From the NCBI RefSeq assembly GCF_963921235.1, contig NC_086097.1:168270001-168334000 (forward strand): DNA of 64,000 bases, read 5' to 3'. A model generated the notes under the pieces. It was not told the DNA's origin and did not search any database. It saw only the letters and a program-made list of their open reading frames with translations. The translations under genes were made by a program, and so were the position numbers. Shown one piece after another: positions 50,681 through 64,000 of the stretch. Positions within the stretch are counted from its first letter, which is position 1. Every line of letters starts with the position of its first letter. The stretch is from Mobula hypostoma. Its lineage: Eukaryota.

Positions 50681-51614
50681 CCTCTATCAGAACTACTCCA
50701 CAATCCTAGAATTTTATGAAAAACAGTTTGATAACAACCAGATATTTTCATCCTGAAAATATGACACAGGATTCATGTATGATCACCCAAGCAGCACAGA
50801 TGATGCCTTGGTTTAACCTCTCAATCAAATCAATTAGACCATTTCTTCATGGACAGTATTAGACAGTGTGGGACATCACCAAAATGCAAAACAGTAGTCT
50901 AGTATTTCTACCACATTCCCCACTGCAATTCTCCACTCAAAAGTGCACGTGTGTAGAAAGCCTAGCATCTAATAGGTAAATAGGTTTATTATTGTCACAT
51001 GTACTGGTGTACAATGAAAATCTTGTTTTGCATACCATTCATACAATTCATGACAACACTGAAGTAATACAAGCTAAAACAATAAAGTGCAGAAGAATAT
51101 GTTACAGTACAGAGAAAGTCCAGTTTAATTAGACAATAAGGTGCAGGTCATAATGAGGAAGATTGTCAGGTAAATTGAACTAGGGAACCATTTAATTGTC
51201 TTATAACAGCGAGACACAAGTTGTCCTTGAGCTTGGTTGTATGTGCTTCCAGGCCTTTGTATCATCAACATGCATGGCTCAAGGAGGGAACTGAAAAAAA
51301 TGTGAAACGGAATGCTTAGTAACCAGTAGCTGTCAGAAGTGAAACTTTCCTGTAATCCAGTTATGACTGATTTATAGTGCAAGAGATAGGATCAAGTTTA
51401 TTTATTTATTGACATACAACATGGAATAGGGCTATCCGGCCCTTTGAGCCACGATACTCAGCAATGCCCAATTTAACTCTAATTGACAATTTACAATGAC
51501 CAATTAACCTACCAACTGATACATCTCTGGACTGTGGAAATCAGCAGTACTTTGTGGCATGTTAGAAATTCAAGTAACATGGCTCCCTCTGCAGGACACA
51601 TGGTAATGTTCAAA

Positions 51615-51795
51615 CATGACAAGTAACTGGAGAAACTCTCAGGCAGCACCCACAGGAGGGAATAAACATTTGACATCTTGGCCTGAAACACTGACTGTTT
51701 ATTCCTCTCCACAAATGCTATTTGACTTGCTGAATTCCTACAGTATTTTGTGTGAATTGCTCAAAATTTCCAGTATCTGCAGAATCTCTTGTACT
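51615..51795. mobile_element. Penelope-derived inverted-terminus relic
   Basis: ctggagaaactc..caggcagca arm and inverted ttgctgaattcc..cagtattttgtgtg..tccagtatctgcaga arm. Confidence 0.55.
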
Positions 51796-52849
51796 TAAGA
51801 CAAATAACTGGGCCTCTCCTTAAATCTGTCATTAGATGGACCAAATGGCCTAATTCTGGTCATATGACTTATGGTCTTACAGATATCGAAGATAAAATAC
51901 AAGTTATTATCAAAACAAGTACAAAAGGCAGCAGTAAGAAAGGAGAAATGAAAAACTGGACAAGCGAGAAAAATCCAAAAACTGAACCTTGAAGAAATGA
52001 CATGTTAATAAAAGGACAGTTTCTCCAGTGCTAATTGGTAGTATTTATCACCATTATTCAAGTAGCGATTCATTCTAGAATGGTGAAACCCTAACTTTGT
52101 GGCATATTTTGCCTATCTCTACATTGCAAGTAAATAGCAAAACCTGGCTCAGGTTAATTTGCATTTTCAAAAAAAAAAGTGGGTAAAAAAAAGTCCAACA
52201 TATTTTTTGAAGGATTTCCTGCAGGAATAGCATTACCCTCAACAAACTTTCAAATGAAACCTTAACTTGTATAGTGGATTTAATAGATTATTTTGTATAG
52301 AAGTGCATAGCCTAATTATTCTCAGACTGGGAATAATTACACAGATTTTAACTTATGTTATAGCTATGTTCAAAAGCTATCTGAATGAAAACAAACATGC
52401 AAATCAGATCTTAATATACGCATGAGAAAAAAATGGTCGATGTATGTCATGACAATAAAATCCAGTGATTTTAACCAGCACTACAGTACCCCAGATAAGC
52501 AGAAGCAATTAAAAGAACAAAAGATACAAGAATAGATGTGCAATTGATAAAATTAATCTATTTTGTGTCACATTATTTTCAGATTAAGGTCTAATGGAAA
52601 TTTAATGCCACTTTTCCAATTATTTAACCTTAAACTGGAAAAAGAGTGCAGAAAGTTCTTTTCATGTCTCTTTGTATTACCAGTTGGCAGTAAATTGCAG
52701 AGGAAGATTTAGGAAACTATTATGTACTCCTTTTTCACACTTGTCTTTTGCGGTGGAATGACTTTGCCCCAGGATGTCCTACAATCAAGTTCTGTTCTAG
52801 AAAATGTTGGATGGCCATTTCCAAGGACCTATCATACCTGATTGTTTCA

Positions 52850-53152
<303 letters not shown>

Positions 53153-54053
53153 TCAAATACAACAAAAGTTTGTATGCAAATAACAATATAAACTGGCACA
53201 CATGTTCAAAAATTATCTAGCTTAAAATAGTAATAAAAACTTAAATGATAGAATGGGAAGTTGAATGGAAATGGCCTAACTAGAACTGTATAGAACTGAA
53301 ATTGCATGAGAACACTGAACATCAGACACCTAATAGAGAAATAACAGAAACTAAGTTTGCTTACAATATGATCTTAAGGATTCAAGATCCCTTGGAATGC
53401 TATGCTGAACAATGAAAAGTGGTAAGAGGGGCAAAAAGGTCAGACCAATACAGCTATACACAAATTGAAATAGGCAATTTGGTCGGCATGGATGAGTTGG
53501 GCCAAAGGGCCTGTATCTGTGCTGTATGACAATAAATAGTGCTAATCAAGTCATGATCCAAAGCACCTACTCTACTTCTTCCACACATGCTGCCCAATTT
53601 ACTTAACATTTCCTGTTTCTGGAGGTTAAGTATGGACTAAAATGGAGGTGATCAATGCTGATAACACCAGAAACTGGAGAGACATTTAACAAGAACATGA
53701 AAGAATATAATGTATATTCTGTGTCAAGTTACGAAGTGGAGGCCGAGATATGAAGGTCAGTTATTTAGAGTTTCAAAAGAGGCTGTTATATTACTAGTGG
53801 AGGGAGTGAGAGAGTAATGGTAACATGGAGATAACATAGACTACTTCCCATTTCAATTATTTCTGGTTAGTGTTTATATTGTGCACTGCCTGAACATACT
53901 TGGAAGGACTAGCACATTATTTTAATCTTCAAGGTTAAAATCCGCAATGGCAAAATTAAACCTAAGGGATAAGGGTAATAATACCACTCATTCCCCCAGA
54001 GCTATCAGTCATAACCCTAATGCACTCCATGGATTTTGTCTACAGCAAAGTCA

Positions 54054-54365
<312 letters not shown>

Positions 54366-54379
54366 TTAGAATGTAAGCA

Positions 54380-54830
54380 AGTTCAAGTTCAGTTTAACTA
54401 CCACACAAAACAATGTTCCTCTGGATCAAGGTACACAATGCAGTACATATAACAAATTATTATTACCACAACTAAATTAACAAATAATGTGTATTTCTGA
54501 CCTAAGTTAATAAGTAAACAGCATAACACTGCTGGTGCTTCATATGTGAGGAGACCAGGGTGGTGGCAGGGAGTTCACTAGTATTACAGCCTGGGGGAAG
54601 AAGCTGCTTCCTATCCTAATGGTTCTTGTCCTAATGCTACAGTCCCTCCTGCTGGATGGTAGGGGGTCAAAGAGATTGTTGGGCAGATGGGACAGATCAC
54701 TGACAATGCTAAGAGCCCAGGTTATGCAGCGCTCTTGATAAGTATCTCTGATAGTTGATAGAGAAACCCCAATAGTCCTCTCAGCAGTCCTCGCAATCCT
54801 TTGTAGGGACTTGCGGGCCGAGCTGCAACA
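54380..54830 (-). mobile_element. Rex1/Babar 3' fragment adjacent to exon 8 acceptor
   Basis: RKSLQRIARTAERTIGVSL..HLPNNLFDPLPSSRR..SSFFPQAV. Confidence 0.8.
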
Positions 54831-55047
54831 TATATGTGGGAGAACATTATAAAATATTAAGCACAAAATCCAAAGTTTAAAAACACTTCAAAAGCCATTT
54901 TGCAAATGAATATTTCAAATTAACAGAAAATTCCCATTTTAAATTTGTTATTATGTGCTTGATGTCCAAAGATCCACAATCCAAAAGGCTGGAGTTCTAA
55001 TTTCAGGCATGATGACCTTTAAGGAATCTTTGTGCTACAGTGATCTA

Positions 55048-55835
55048 TGAACATAGAACAGTACAGCACAATACAGACCCTTCAACCCACAATACTGTGC
55101 CAAGCTTTTAACCTACTCCAAAGTCAATCTAACCGTTCCCTCCCATACTGCCCTCCATTTAGTTTTCATTCATGAGCTTACCCAAGACTCCCTTAAGTGT
55201 TCCTGCCTCTACCACCACCCTCAGCAGTGCGTTCCATGCACTTACCACTCTAAAAAAAAAATCTACCTCTGACCTCTCTCTTATACTTTGCTCCAATCAA
55301 CTTAAAAGTATGCCCTCTTGTATTATCAATTATCTCTGTGGGGAGAAAGGTGCTGGCTGTCCACTCTACGCCTCTTACCATCTAATTTATCTATATCAGG
55401 TCACCTCTCATCTTCTTTGTTCTAAATAGAAAAACCCTAGCTTGCTCAATCTATCCTCACTTATGTTCTCCAATCCAGGTAGCATCCTCGCAAAACTCCT
55501 CGTTATAGTGAAGTGACCAGAACTAAATACAATACTCCAAGTGTTGTCTTACTAACGTTTCATAGAGCTTCAAAATTACCTCACACTCTTGAACGCAATC
55601 CCCAAACTAATGAAGGCCAACACACAATATGCCTTCTTAACCACCTTGTCAACTTATGCAGCAACTTTGAGGGATCTATGGACTTGGACCCCTACATTCC
55701 ACTGTTCCTCCACATTGCTAAGAATTCTGCCATTATCCCTGCACTTCGCCTTCAAGTCTGATCTTCCAAAGTGCATCACTTCATACTTTTCCAGAATTGA
55801 ACTTCGTCTACCACTTCTCAGCCCAGCTCTGCAAC
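55048..55835 (-). mobile_element. CR1 3' fragment
   Basis: EKYEVMHFGRS..VGVQVHRSLKVA; tail gaacatagaacagtacagcaca. Confidence 0.8.
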
Positions 55836-56244
55836 CTGTCAAAAGTGAATCCAAATTAGGAAAATTATTTTTACGCACTTGGGAAATAACATCTTCTGTT
55901 GTCCATAATTCTTGCAAATTATGAATTTTTCGCAAGCATTTAAAGAAATATTTAAACTTAAAACTACTATTATTTCCTTAAAAGCAGATCCAATGAAATT
56001 ATCTCAACCTGGAACAGAATGAATTACTAACATAATTTTCAAGCCCAAATATCCTAAATTACTCAATAACAAAATAACGGTGAGTGCTGGACATCATGCC
56101 AGGGGCAGCAAATAAAACATGGATTAAGCCAACGATTCAACATGGTGCTCAACAATTGATCATGGGAATGCCCCTTGATATGAGAAGGTTAAAAAAAGTG
56201 CAAACACTCAGCTGGACAGGCAGCAGCTGTGGAAAGAGAGTTAG

Positions 56245-58160
56245 CAAGACATAGGAGCGACCCAGCCCAATGAGTCTGCTCCACCAATCCATTAGAGATG
56301 ATTTATTATCCCTCTCAATCACATTCTCCTGCCTTCTCCAAGTAACCTTTCACACACTGAGAAAACAAGAATCTAGCAACCTCCACTTTAAGTATACTAA
56401 ATGACATGGTCTCCATAGCCATCTGTGGCAATGAATTGCAGAGATTTGCTACCCAGTAGCTAAACAAATTCCTCCTCATTTCTGTTCTAAGTGGATGTCT
56501 CTCTATTCTGAGGTTGTGCCCTCTGGTCCTAGACTCATCCACTAAAGAACGCATCCTCCCCCACATCCACTCTATATAGGCATTTCAATATTTGATTGGT
56601 TTCAATGAGATCTCACCTCCCATTCCTCAAAATTCCATTTACAACTCTAATTTTTGAATTTTCTCCCATTCAGAAAACAAGTCTACCCCTTTACTCATTC
56701 TACCAAAGTATATGACCATATATTTCCCGACACTTTATTCTATTTGCCATTTTGCACATTCTCCCAATCAGTTTAAATCATCCTGCAGATTAATTTCCTC
56801 ATCACCACCACCTGTCTTTGTACAGTCCACAAGCCAGACCACAAAACCATAAATTCCATCATCCAAATCACTGATATATAACTTGAAAATAAGTGGTCCC
56901 AACATCGACCGTTGCAGGATACTAGTCACCAGCAGTCAAACAGAAAAGCCCCCCCACCCACTTATTCCCACTCTTTGCCTCCTGCCAGTCAGACAATCTT
57001 CTATCCATACTAGAATATTTCCAGTAATACCATGGGCTCTCATCTTGTTCAACAGCCTCAAATGCAGCACCTTATCTGAAATTCCAAGGAAACAACATCC
57101 ACTGACTTCCCATTGTCTATCCTGCCTGTTATTTCCTCACAGAATTCCCCCTTAAGGAAACCATGATGACTTTGGTACATGAGCCTTCAAGTACCCAGAA
57201 ACTTCATCCTTAATAAGGAATTCAACATCTTCCCAACCATAGAAGTCAGGCTAATTGACCTATAACATCCTTTCTTCTGCCTTCCTCCATTCTTAAAGAG
57301 TGGAGTGACATTCGCAATTTTTCTCCGGAACTATTCCCAGATCTAGCAGTTCCTGAAAGATCATTACTAATGTATCCATAATCACTTCAGCTACCAATTT
57401 CAGAACCTTGGGGTGTAGTCCATCTGGTCCAGGTGACTTACTTAGTTCTGTATTCATCACCCTTTTCGATTTTGCCCCATGTTACACTTCAACTCATCCC
57501 ACTGACTGTCATTTCACCTTATCATCTGTACTTCCTCAGTGTCACTACATACTGTATCTACTTGTATACCAACTACTCCATCCTCAGTCCTATCACTCCA
57601 GTTCCCACACATGCAGGTTTGCTAGAGTTGTTGGGGAGGGTTTAAAGCTTAAAATTCAAACTCTCCCCAACAACTATAGCTCATCTGCCTGCAAGAACAT
57701 TGGAGACCCTCAGGTTCGGGTGTAACCCATCTTTTTTGTATAGGTCATACCTTTCCCAGAGAGAGATCCCAAGGATCTGGAAATCTGAAACCCTACCCCC
57801 TACACCAATTCGTCAGCCATGCATTCATCTGCCAAATCATCCTATTTTTCATAGGCATGAGGCACAGGCAGTAATCTCCCTATATTCTCTCTTCAGTACC
57901 TTATTCCTTTTCCCATCTATGACATTGGTACCAATATGTACCACAACTTCTGACTGCTCATCCTCCCTCTTTAGAATGCTGTGGACCCGATCTGAGACAT
58001 CCCTGACCCTGGCACCCAGGAGGCAAAATACCACCTGGGTGTCTCTTACACTGCCAGAATCTCCTGTCTGCTCCTCTAACTATAGAATCTCTTATCACTA
58101 CTGCACTACTCTTCTCTCCCACTTCCCTTCTGAGCCACAGAGCCAGATTCAATGCCATTA
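56245..58160 (-). mobile_element. Internally deleted CR1 (ORF1 esterase, spacer, RT pieces, tail)
   Basis: AVVIRDSIVRG, VVVHIGTN; SRTRGHNLRI..RRNLFS..NLCNSLP. Contains a small inverted duplication at 57613-57646. Confidence 0.82.
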
Positions 58161-58179
58161 ACTGCTTCTCCTTCCACAG

Positions 58180-58925
58180 ATCAGAATCTGATCAGGTTTA
58201 ATTTCACTGGCATATGTCGCAAAATATGTTTTGCGACAGTACATAGCAATACATATTTTTAAACTATCAATTACAATATAGTAAAAAGTCAGTAGTGCAT
58301 AAAGAGTTAAAAAGAAAAAAGAAAATAGTGAAGTAGAAAATGGATTCATTGCTCATTTAGAAATCTGATGGCAGCGGGGAAGAAGCTGTTCCAAAACACT
58401 GAGCGTGTTTCTTCAGACTCTTGTTCATCTTTCTTGATGGTAGCAATGAGAAGGCATGGCCTGGGTGATGGGGGTCCTTAATGATGGATGCCTCCTTTGT
58501 TTGCAACTTCCTGTAAATTTTTCCTATCCTGTGTAGTGGACACTGAATACCATATGTGATGCAACCAGTTAGAATGGTCTCCAGTAGACATCTGTAGAAA
58601 TTTGAGAGCTTTTGGTGACATAACAAGTCTCTTCAAACTGCTAATGAAATACAGGCGCTGTTGTGCCTTCTTTGTATTTGCATTAATATGTTGGGCCTAG
58701 GATAGATCTTCAGAGATGTTGACACCCTTCCCGCTGCTGATCCCTTGATGAGGACTGGTGTGTGTTCCCTCCAGTTCTCCCTCCTGAAATCCACCATCAA
58801 TTCCTTGGTCCTACTGACAATGAGTGCAAGGTTGTTGTTTTAACACCTCTCAACCACCTGATCAATCTCACTCCTGTCTGCCTCTTCATCACCATCTGAA
58901 ATTCTGCCAACATTAGTTCTGTCAT
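58180..58925 (-). mobile_element. Rex1/Babar fragment
   Basis: LSNFYRCLLETILTGCIT..ASIIKDPHHPGHAFSLLPS. Confidence 0.82.
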
Positions 58926-59429
58926 TCCTGCTGGGCATTTCCAAAATTCCCCATTTTCATTTCAGATTTCCAGCCTGTACAGGTGGCTTTGGTTTTCTCC
59001 CAAGCGGGAGAGTGGAAGAAATGACATATTAGGCACCAAATCAAATCTGAAAAATAGAAGCCAAGATCCAGACTGGTCTTAAATGATAATTATCTGTGAC
59101 AAAACCAAACTAGTTTTAACCACATACACAGCATTGAAGATTAAATCTGAAAATTCTTTAGAAGTATCCAGCAGGATTGACTCATGGATATAGCATGTAA
59201 AACAATCTGCTACATAGCTCTAATTGAATCACAACAGCGCACAGAGATACTCAATTACATTTTAACAAGCACAATTAAGTAAAAAGCACAATTAGTAAAA
59301 ATGATCTGAAATTTTTGCAAACAGATTCATTAATATTGCGTAAAAAAGTTGCTGCCCATACAACTTATGAAATTGTAGTTCCAGGTTGAGATCACTCAAT
59401 GTATACCTTTGCCTCAAGGACCAGTTTAC

Positions 59430-60140
59430 AATCAGATTCAGGTTCATTTACTTATCACATGTACATTGAAACATACAGTGAAATGCGTTGTCTGCATTAA
59501 CAAACAACACTCCTAAAGATAAGCTGGGGGCAGGCCGCAAGTGTCGCCACACATTCTGGCATTAGCATAACATGCCCACGATGTTCAGCAGAATAAAACA
59601 ACACAACAAAACAAGCTCCTTTTTTCCCTTCCACCCACCCACTCGGACACACAGCAAGTCTCCAACCTCAGGCCAGGTTGCTTCTGGATTTCCAAACTCC
59701 GGTCCCCACCCTGGATTCGCATAAATCAGGCCTCGAGCTTCCAGACCCATAAATCAGGGGCCTTGGTCATCGACCTTGACTTTCGGACTTGCCAACTTCT
59801 GCGTTCAACCTCCAACCACTCAGAGGCCTCCAATTCTGGGTCTTGCCAACCTGGGAGTGAGGTCACCTTCCCTCATCCACGAGGTCTGCTGGTCTCTGTC
59901 ACTGACCACATCAGCACCTGCCCACCGACATTCACCCACAAAGACCAGTGGCCTTCTGCAGCAGAATGCTTCAACCTAGACACCAGCTCCTGCCCCAATT
60001 CTTCATTTACTGCCCCTAATCTCCAATTCCTCTCACCCATACCTAAATCCTAACCTTTATTCTAACTCCTTACGCTGCCCAAGGCTACTCCTATGAAGAA
60101 ACTACCAAGTCTGAGCCCGCATCTTAGCACCATCTTAATC
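59430..60140 (-). mobile_element. Non-autonomous retroelement with Rex1-type tail
   Basis: Minus-strand start aagatggtgc. 3' end shared with the SINE tails at 13850-13955 and 28050-28200. Confidence 0.5.
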
Positions 60141-60402
60141 AGAAGTAATGTGACAAACAGCTTCAAGAATCTCCACTAACACCAGCTTAGATCAGGGTGA
60201 CCAATGAGACTAGTAAATGTTAAACAACTGCTGCATCTCTATAACGAATAAAAAAAGCAAGTTATTCTGTGCTCATGTGGTGAAATAGGGAAACTATACA
60301 GGGAGAGCTACTTGCACAAAAATCACTTTTTAACATTGTTATTGTATAGCTTTTACATTTGTAATTACAAGATCAACATATGGTGACACAAAGAAAGGAT
60401 TA

Positions 60403-61294
60403 TCGTCGAATCCTGCTAATTGGGACACATTGGGACTAATATTTTGGACCAATTAAGTGGCTGCACCAATTAGCTGAAGTTTTACGAAAATAATTAAAAA
60501 GCTATATAAAAAAAGACAAACTACCATTCAAATGAGTATTAAATTATGTACGTAACTAAAATACAGAACAAATGAGAACTCTACCAAAACTATGATAGTA
60601 CTATAAAACTAGGTACAAGTTCTTAATAGTTATGACAGGAATTAATCCAGTGTCTGTTGCCGTGTTCTTTTGATTGACTGTACATGAACAAAATCAATGC
60701 AGACACCAAGTGCAGATAATAGACAGCTTTCATACAATGCTTTCGATAATTGCATCCTCCAATATCTTCAGGTTCTTTGTAATTCCTAACTTGTTAAAGT
60801 AGTGAAATCATTTCATTTTCACTCCCAAGATAAAAAATCTGCAGATGCAGAAAATCCGAGCAACACACAAAATGCTGGAGGAACAGGCCAGGCAGCAAGT
60901 ACCGAAAAGAGTTCAGTTGACGCTTCTGGCCAGAACCCTTCGGCAGTACCACAGTGTGCAAAACAGTTCTGAATTGTCTTATTGCTTATTACTCGCCAAC
61001 CGTCAGTGACAAAAATCACAGCTTTTGGAACACAAACACATGCAAGTAATACTATCTAAAAATTCTTCACTCTAAACAAGGTGTAGTGTCTAATGGCTAC
61101 ATGATCTGCATGCAACTGATGCTAGTTAGAAACTGTTTGGCAATGATCTCCTGTCACAATTATAAAGAGTATAGTGCCTCAAATAAGCAAAGGGAATCCA
61201 AGCTATTTTCTCGATTAGTTTTTGTTCTTTAAGAGTTGTCCCAAGTAAGCAGCTGCTCTGATCAACTGATTGCTCAATTTACTGGAATCCACTG
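60403..61294 (-). mobile_element. Degraded Tigger/pogo-like DNA transposon with a Penelope fragment inserted at ~60830-60945
   Basis: Right TIR reads CAGTGGATTCCAGTAAATTG on the minus strand; degenerate left TIR gaatcctgctaattggg. Transposase remnant WRVISNKTIQNCFAHCG. Confidence 0.65.
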
Positions 61295-62029
61295 AATTGT
61301 AAAACTTCTTTAATCCTTATAGGCAGAGAGCAATGTTGAAATCATCCCTGTAGCTGCAGATCTGATTACCCTCCCAAGAAAACACCAATTGTAAATGCTT
61401 AGACATAATCCACTTGTGGTCAAGTCAATTTGCACATGGCTATCAGGACAAAGTCAAACGTGAGTGCAAGTTGATTATTAAACCTGCTCTTTCCAAGTAT
61501 TAAGTGCAACAGGATTTAAACCACATTTCAGATAGCTCAATGAAGCAGCAGTTAGTGCTGTTACTGCACAGCTTCAACATCCTAGATTTGATCGTGACCT
61601 CAAATGCTGTTTGTGTGGACTTTGCACATTCTGCTTCTGCCTAAACAGGCATCCCCATTTCCAGCCACATCTTAAAGGAGCATCAGTAGATTAACAGGCT
61701 ACTGTAAATTACCAGCAGAGATGCTCTGCAGAAGCATCAGATCATGTTTAAGAACATATTACAGAGAAACAAGGTAGGAGATGGGATTACTGGAATACTT
61801 CAAGAATTAGCACAGACTTGAAGGGGCAATATGAGATATGAAAATGAGGTTTATGTTATTGTTCAATACATCAAGTATTCCCCTGTGAGCTTACAAATTA
61901 TTCTGGTGTTTATAATGATATGGTTCATAGGATGACATACAAAAAAGGTAATGATCCTTCTAATTACTTGGTGACATTGTCCTTATGTGTGTAGTACTAG
62001 TTTTCAATTACAGTACAGTATATATAAAT

Positions 62030-62385
62030 TTAAATATGTAGTTCAAAAAGAGTAAAAATAGCAAGGTAGTGTTTATAAGTTGATTCACTGCTCATTCAGA
62101 AATATGAAGGCAGAGGGAAAGAAGATACTCCTAAAACATTGAGGGTGTGTTTTCAGGCTCCTGTAGTTCCTCCCTGATGGTAGCAATGAGAAGAGGGCAT
62201 GTCCTGTGTGATTGAGGGGTGGGGGGTCCTTAATGATGGATGCCTCCTTTATTTGAGGCATCACCTTTTGATGATGTCTTTGATGGTGGTGGTGAGGGGA
62301 GGGGACAGGGTTAATGCCCATGTTCGAGCTGGCTAGTACAGTGGCCTCTCCATACCGGATGGTGACGCAACCAATTAGAATGCTA
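62030..62385 (-). mobile_element. Rex1/Babar 3' fragment
   Basis: EASIIKDP..GHALFSLLPSGRNYRSLKT..RSIFFPSA. Confidence 0.8.
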
Positions 62386-62429
62386 CTTCTGTTACAGAGA
62401 AATTAATAGTAAAGAAATGAAAATCTTAC

Positions 62430-62554
62430 CCATCACTCTCTGTGGAATATACAACGGGTATCCTACTTTCACCTTCTATACCCTGTTCCTGCTGTGCAGA
62501 TTCCAGATTCCTTTCAAAGGTATCTACACTCCCGATGTTAAACCATACATAGTG
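62430..62554 (-). CDS. AFG3L2: m-AAA protease AFG3-like, coding exon (human exon 7 equivalent, 125 bp)
   Basis: Encodes [42 protein letters not shown]. Acceptor ctacag, donor GTAAG. Ends in phase 2, matching the next exon. Confidence 0.92.
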
Positions 62555-63849
62555 CTGTAGAAACAGATACAAGAATATGAGCAGACTAATTACAATGAAG
62601 ATAATATAGTAAATATGGCACACTAAATCAATTTAAGACAAGTTTCATTAAAAAGTCAAATAGTTTCAATTCACATCTAGATAACTTTGGGGGCTCAATC
62701 GCATAATAACATGTTTTCTCTTTTCCTTCTACGTTTCAACTCTTGTAACATATCCAAGCACACCAGCTAATTTATTCATAGCAATTAGTAGAGTTAAGAG
62801 GCCTTCTTAATGTGTTTATAGTTCCTCCAGATTCCAGCAATCTGCAGTCTCGTATCCTTCTCTAGCATTTGGAAATACTGCTTTAGGATTAAACATAAGG
62901 ACACCTTAAAAAAATCCACAGTCCTTAGATCAGGTAGTCCTTTGGGTTGAAGATACCCCAATTCCAAAGTGATCCATGGGTTTCAAGCTGGCTGCTATGG
63001 CCAGCATAGGACTCACAAACTGCCAAAGATGAACAAGGAATACTTAATGGAAGAAGCACACTGCTCAAACTTGTCATTTACCTAGGGCTCCTGCATGCTC
63101 ACAAACTTCAATGGTCATGGGTCCTGGATATTCATGAATCAATAGGGAAGTTATAGATGTCTAGAGCAGGGGGGACATTAAGAACACCTTTGAACCTTGG
63201 TAATCACTTGTTGTGATGGAGTTGAGTACAGTTTAAGTGTCAGGCATGTGAATAACATGGCCTACCCTTCACATATGGCTGACTGAATTTACCCATCACA
63301 TCTGGCTGACTGAATTTAGACCCTCAGTACTTTTAGTGCATGAGGATTTTGTGAAGATAGACCAACAAACAATCTGCTGAAGGAGATCAGCAGGTCAAAC
63401 AGCAGCCAAAGAAGGAAAGGAATCAAGAAATTTTGGGCTGAAACCTTGCATCAGTACTCTTGTATCTCTTGTTAAGACAGCAACAGTGCTTTAAGGTGCT
63501 TGTTATAAGCAATTTATAATTCTGAAGGATAGCAAACGGGGATTGTGGCAGCCCAGTAAACCATAAGCTGTGTGGTCCAGAAATTCAAACAGCCAAAGGC
63601 TGTTCTAGTAGTAGTGACTTTCATCATCCATGTCAGCATTTATTAACAGGTTTCTCTCAAGAAGTAGAAAATGATTCTTTTAATGACTGTCATTGATCTT
63701 TATATTCTGGAAGTTGAGGTTAGGAAGAATTTCGCATCAAGGGCTGGTAAGGCACCATTTCTATGTGGAGGTCAGGGCAAAGCCTCAGTGAATCAACCTA
63801 TAATAACTTGGAAATCAGAGATCATATAAGGTCTTGGCCAGGTACAACA

Positions 63850-64000
63850 TCATGGCCAGATGCTTTCCGTGACACTTGAATGAATACTGAAGAGCTGTAT
63901 TCTCCTGGCTGGACTGTTTACTAACATCTTCAACCTCTCACTTCAGCAGTTTGAGGTACCCAAATGCTTCAAGCAGGCTCCAATCATACCATTGCCTAAG
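63850..64000 (+). mobile_element. Rex1/Babar RT fragment running off the window end
   Basis: [32 protein letters not shown]. Confidence 0.75.

Noticed and set aside
63269..63318. Direct repeat cacatNtggctgactgaattta x2 as a CRISPR-like or regulatory array
   Set aside because: Only two copies with a 5-bp spacer in a eukaryotic intron, i.e. a simple local tandem duplication.

Overview
Vertebrate nuclear DNA, inferred from its repeat families (CR1-dominated, HE1/V-SINE-like SINEs, Rex1/Babar, Penelope) to be a cartilaginous fish, probably a ray or shark. The only host gene I can support is the 3' two-thirds of the mitochondrial m-AAA protease gene AFG3L2 (AFG3L1 not fully excluded), on the minus strand. 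It has 11 GT-AG-bounded coding exons from 62554 down to the stop at 23809, corresponding to human exons 7-17 by recalled exon sizes. Walker A, Walker B, SRH and HEAGH motifs are intact, and the 5' exons lie beyond the window end. The rest is mostly nested transposable elements. These include two near-full-length CR1 LINEs (zinc finger + SGNH-esterase ORF1, APE-RT ORF2), a 3'-truncated L1, a young RTE fragment, Rex1/Babar and Penelope fragments, tRNA-derived SINEs, two solo LTRs, and Tc1 and Tigger/pogo relics. The best leads are (1) a tandem -1 ribosomal frameshift signal, G_GGU_UUA_AAC_UAG, at the CR1 ORF1/ORF2 junction, whose -1 frame runs into the ORF2 endonuclease; (2) minimal hammerhead ribozyme motifs in Penelope termini; and (3) tandem promoter-like monomers and paired splice donors in the CR1 5' UTRs. 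Exon, TSD and motif coordinates were counted by hand. Boundaries of degraded repeats are approximate. No database searches were run.
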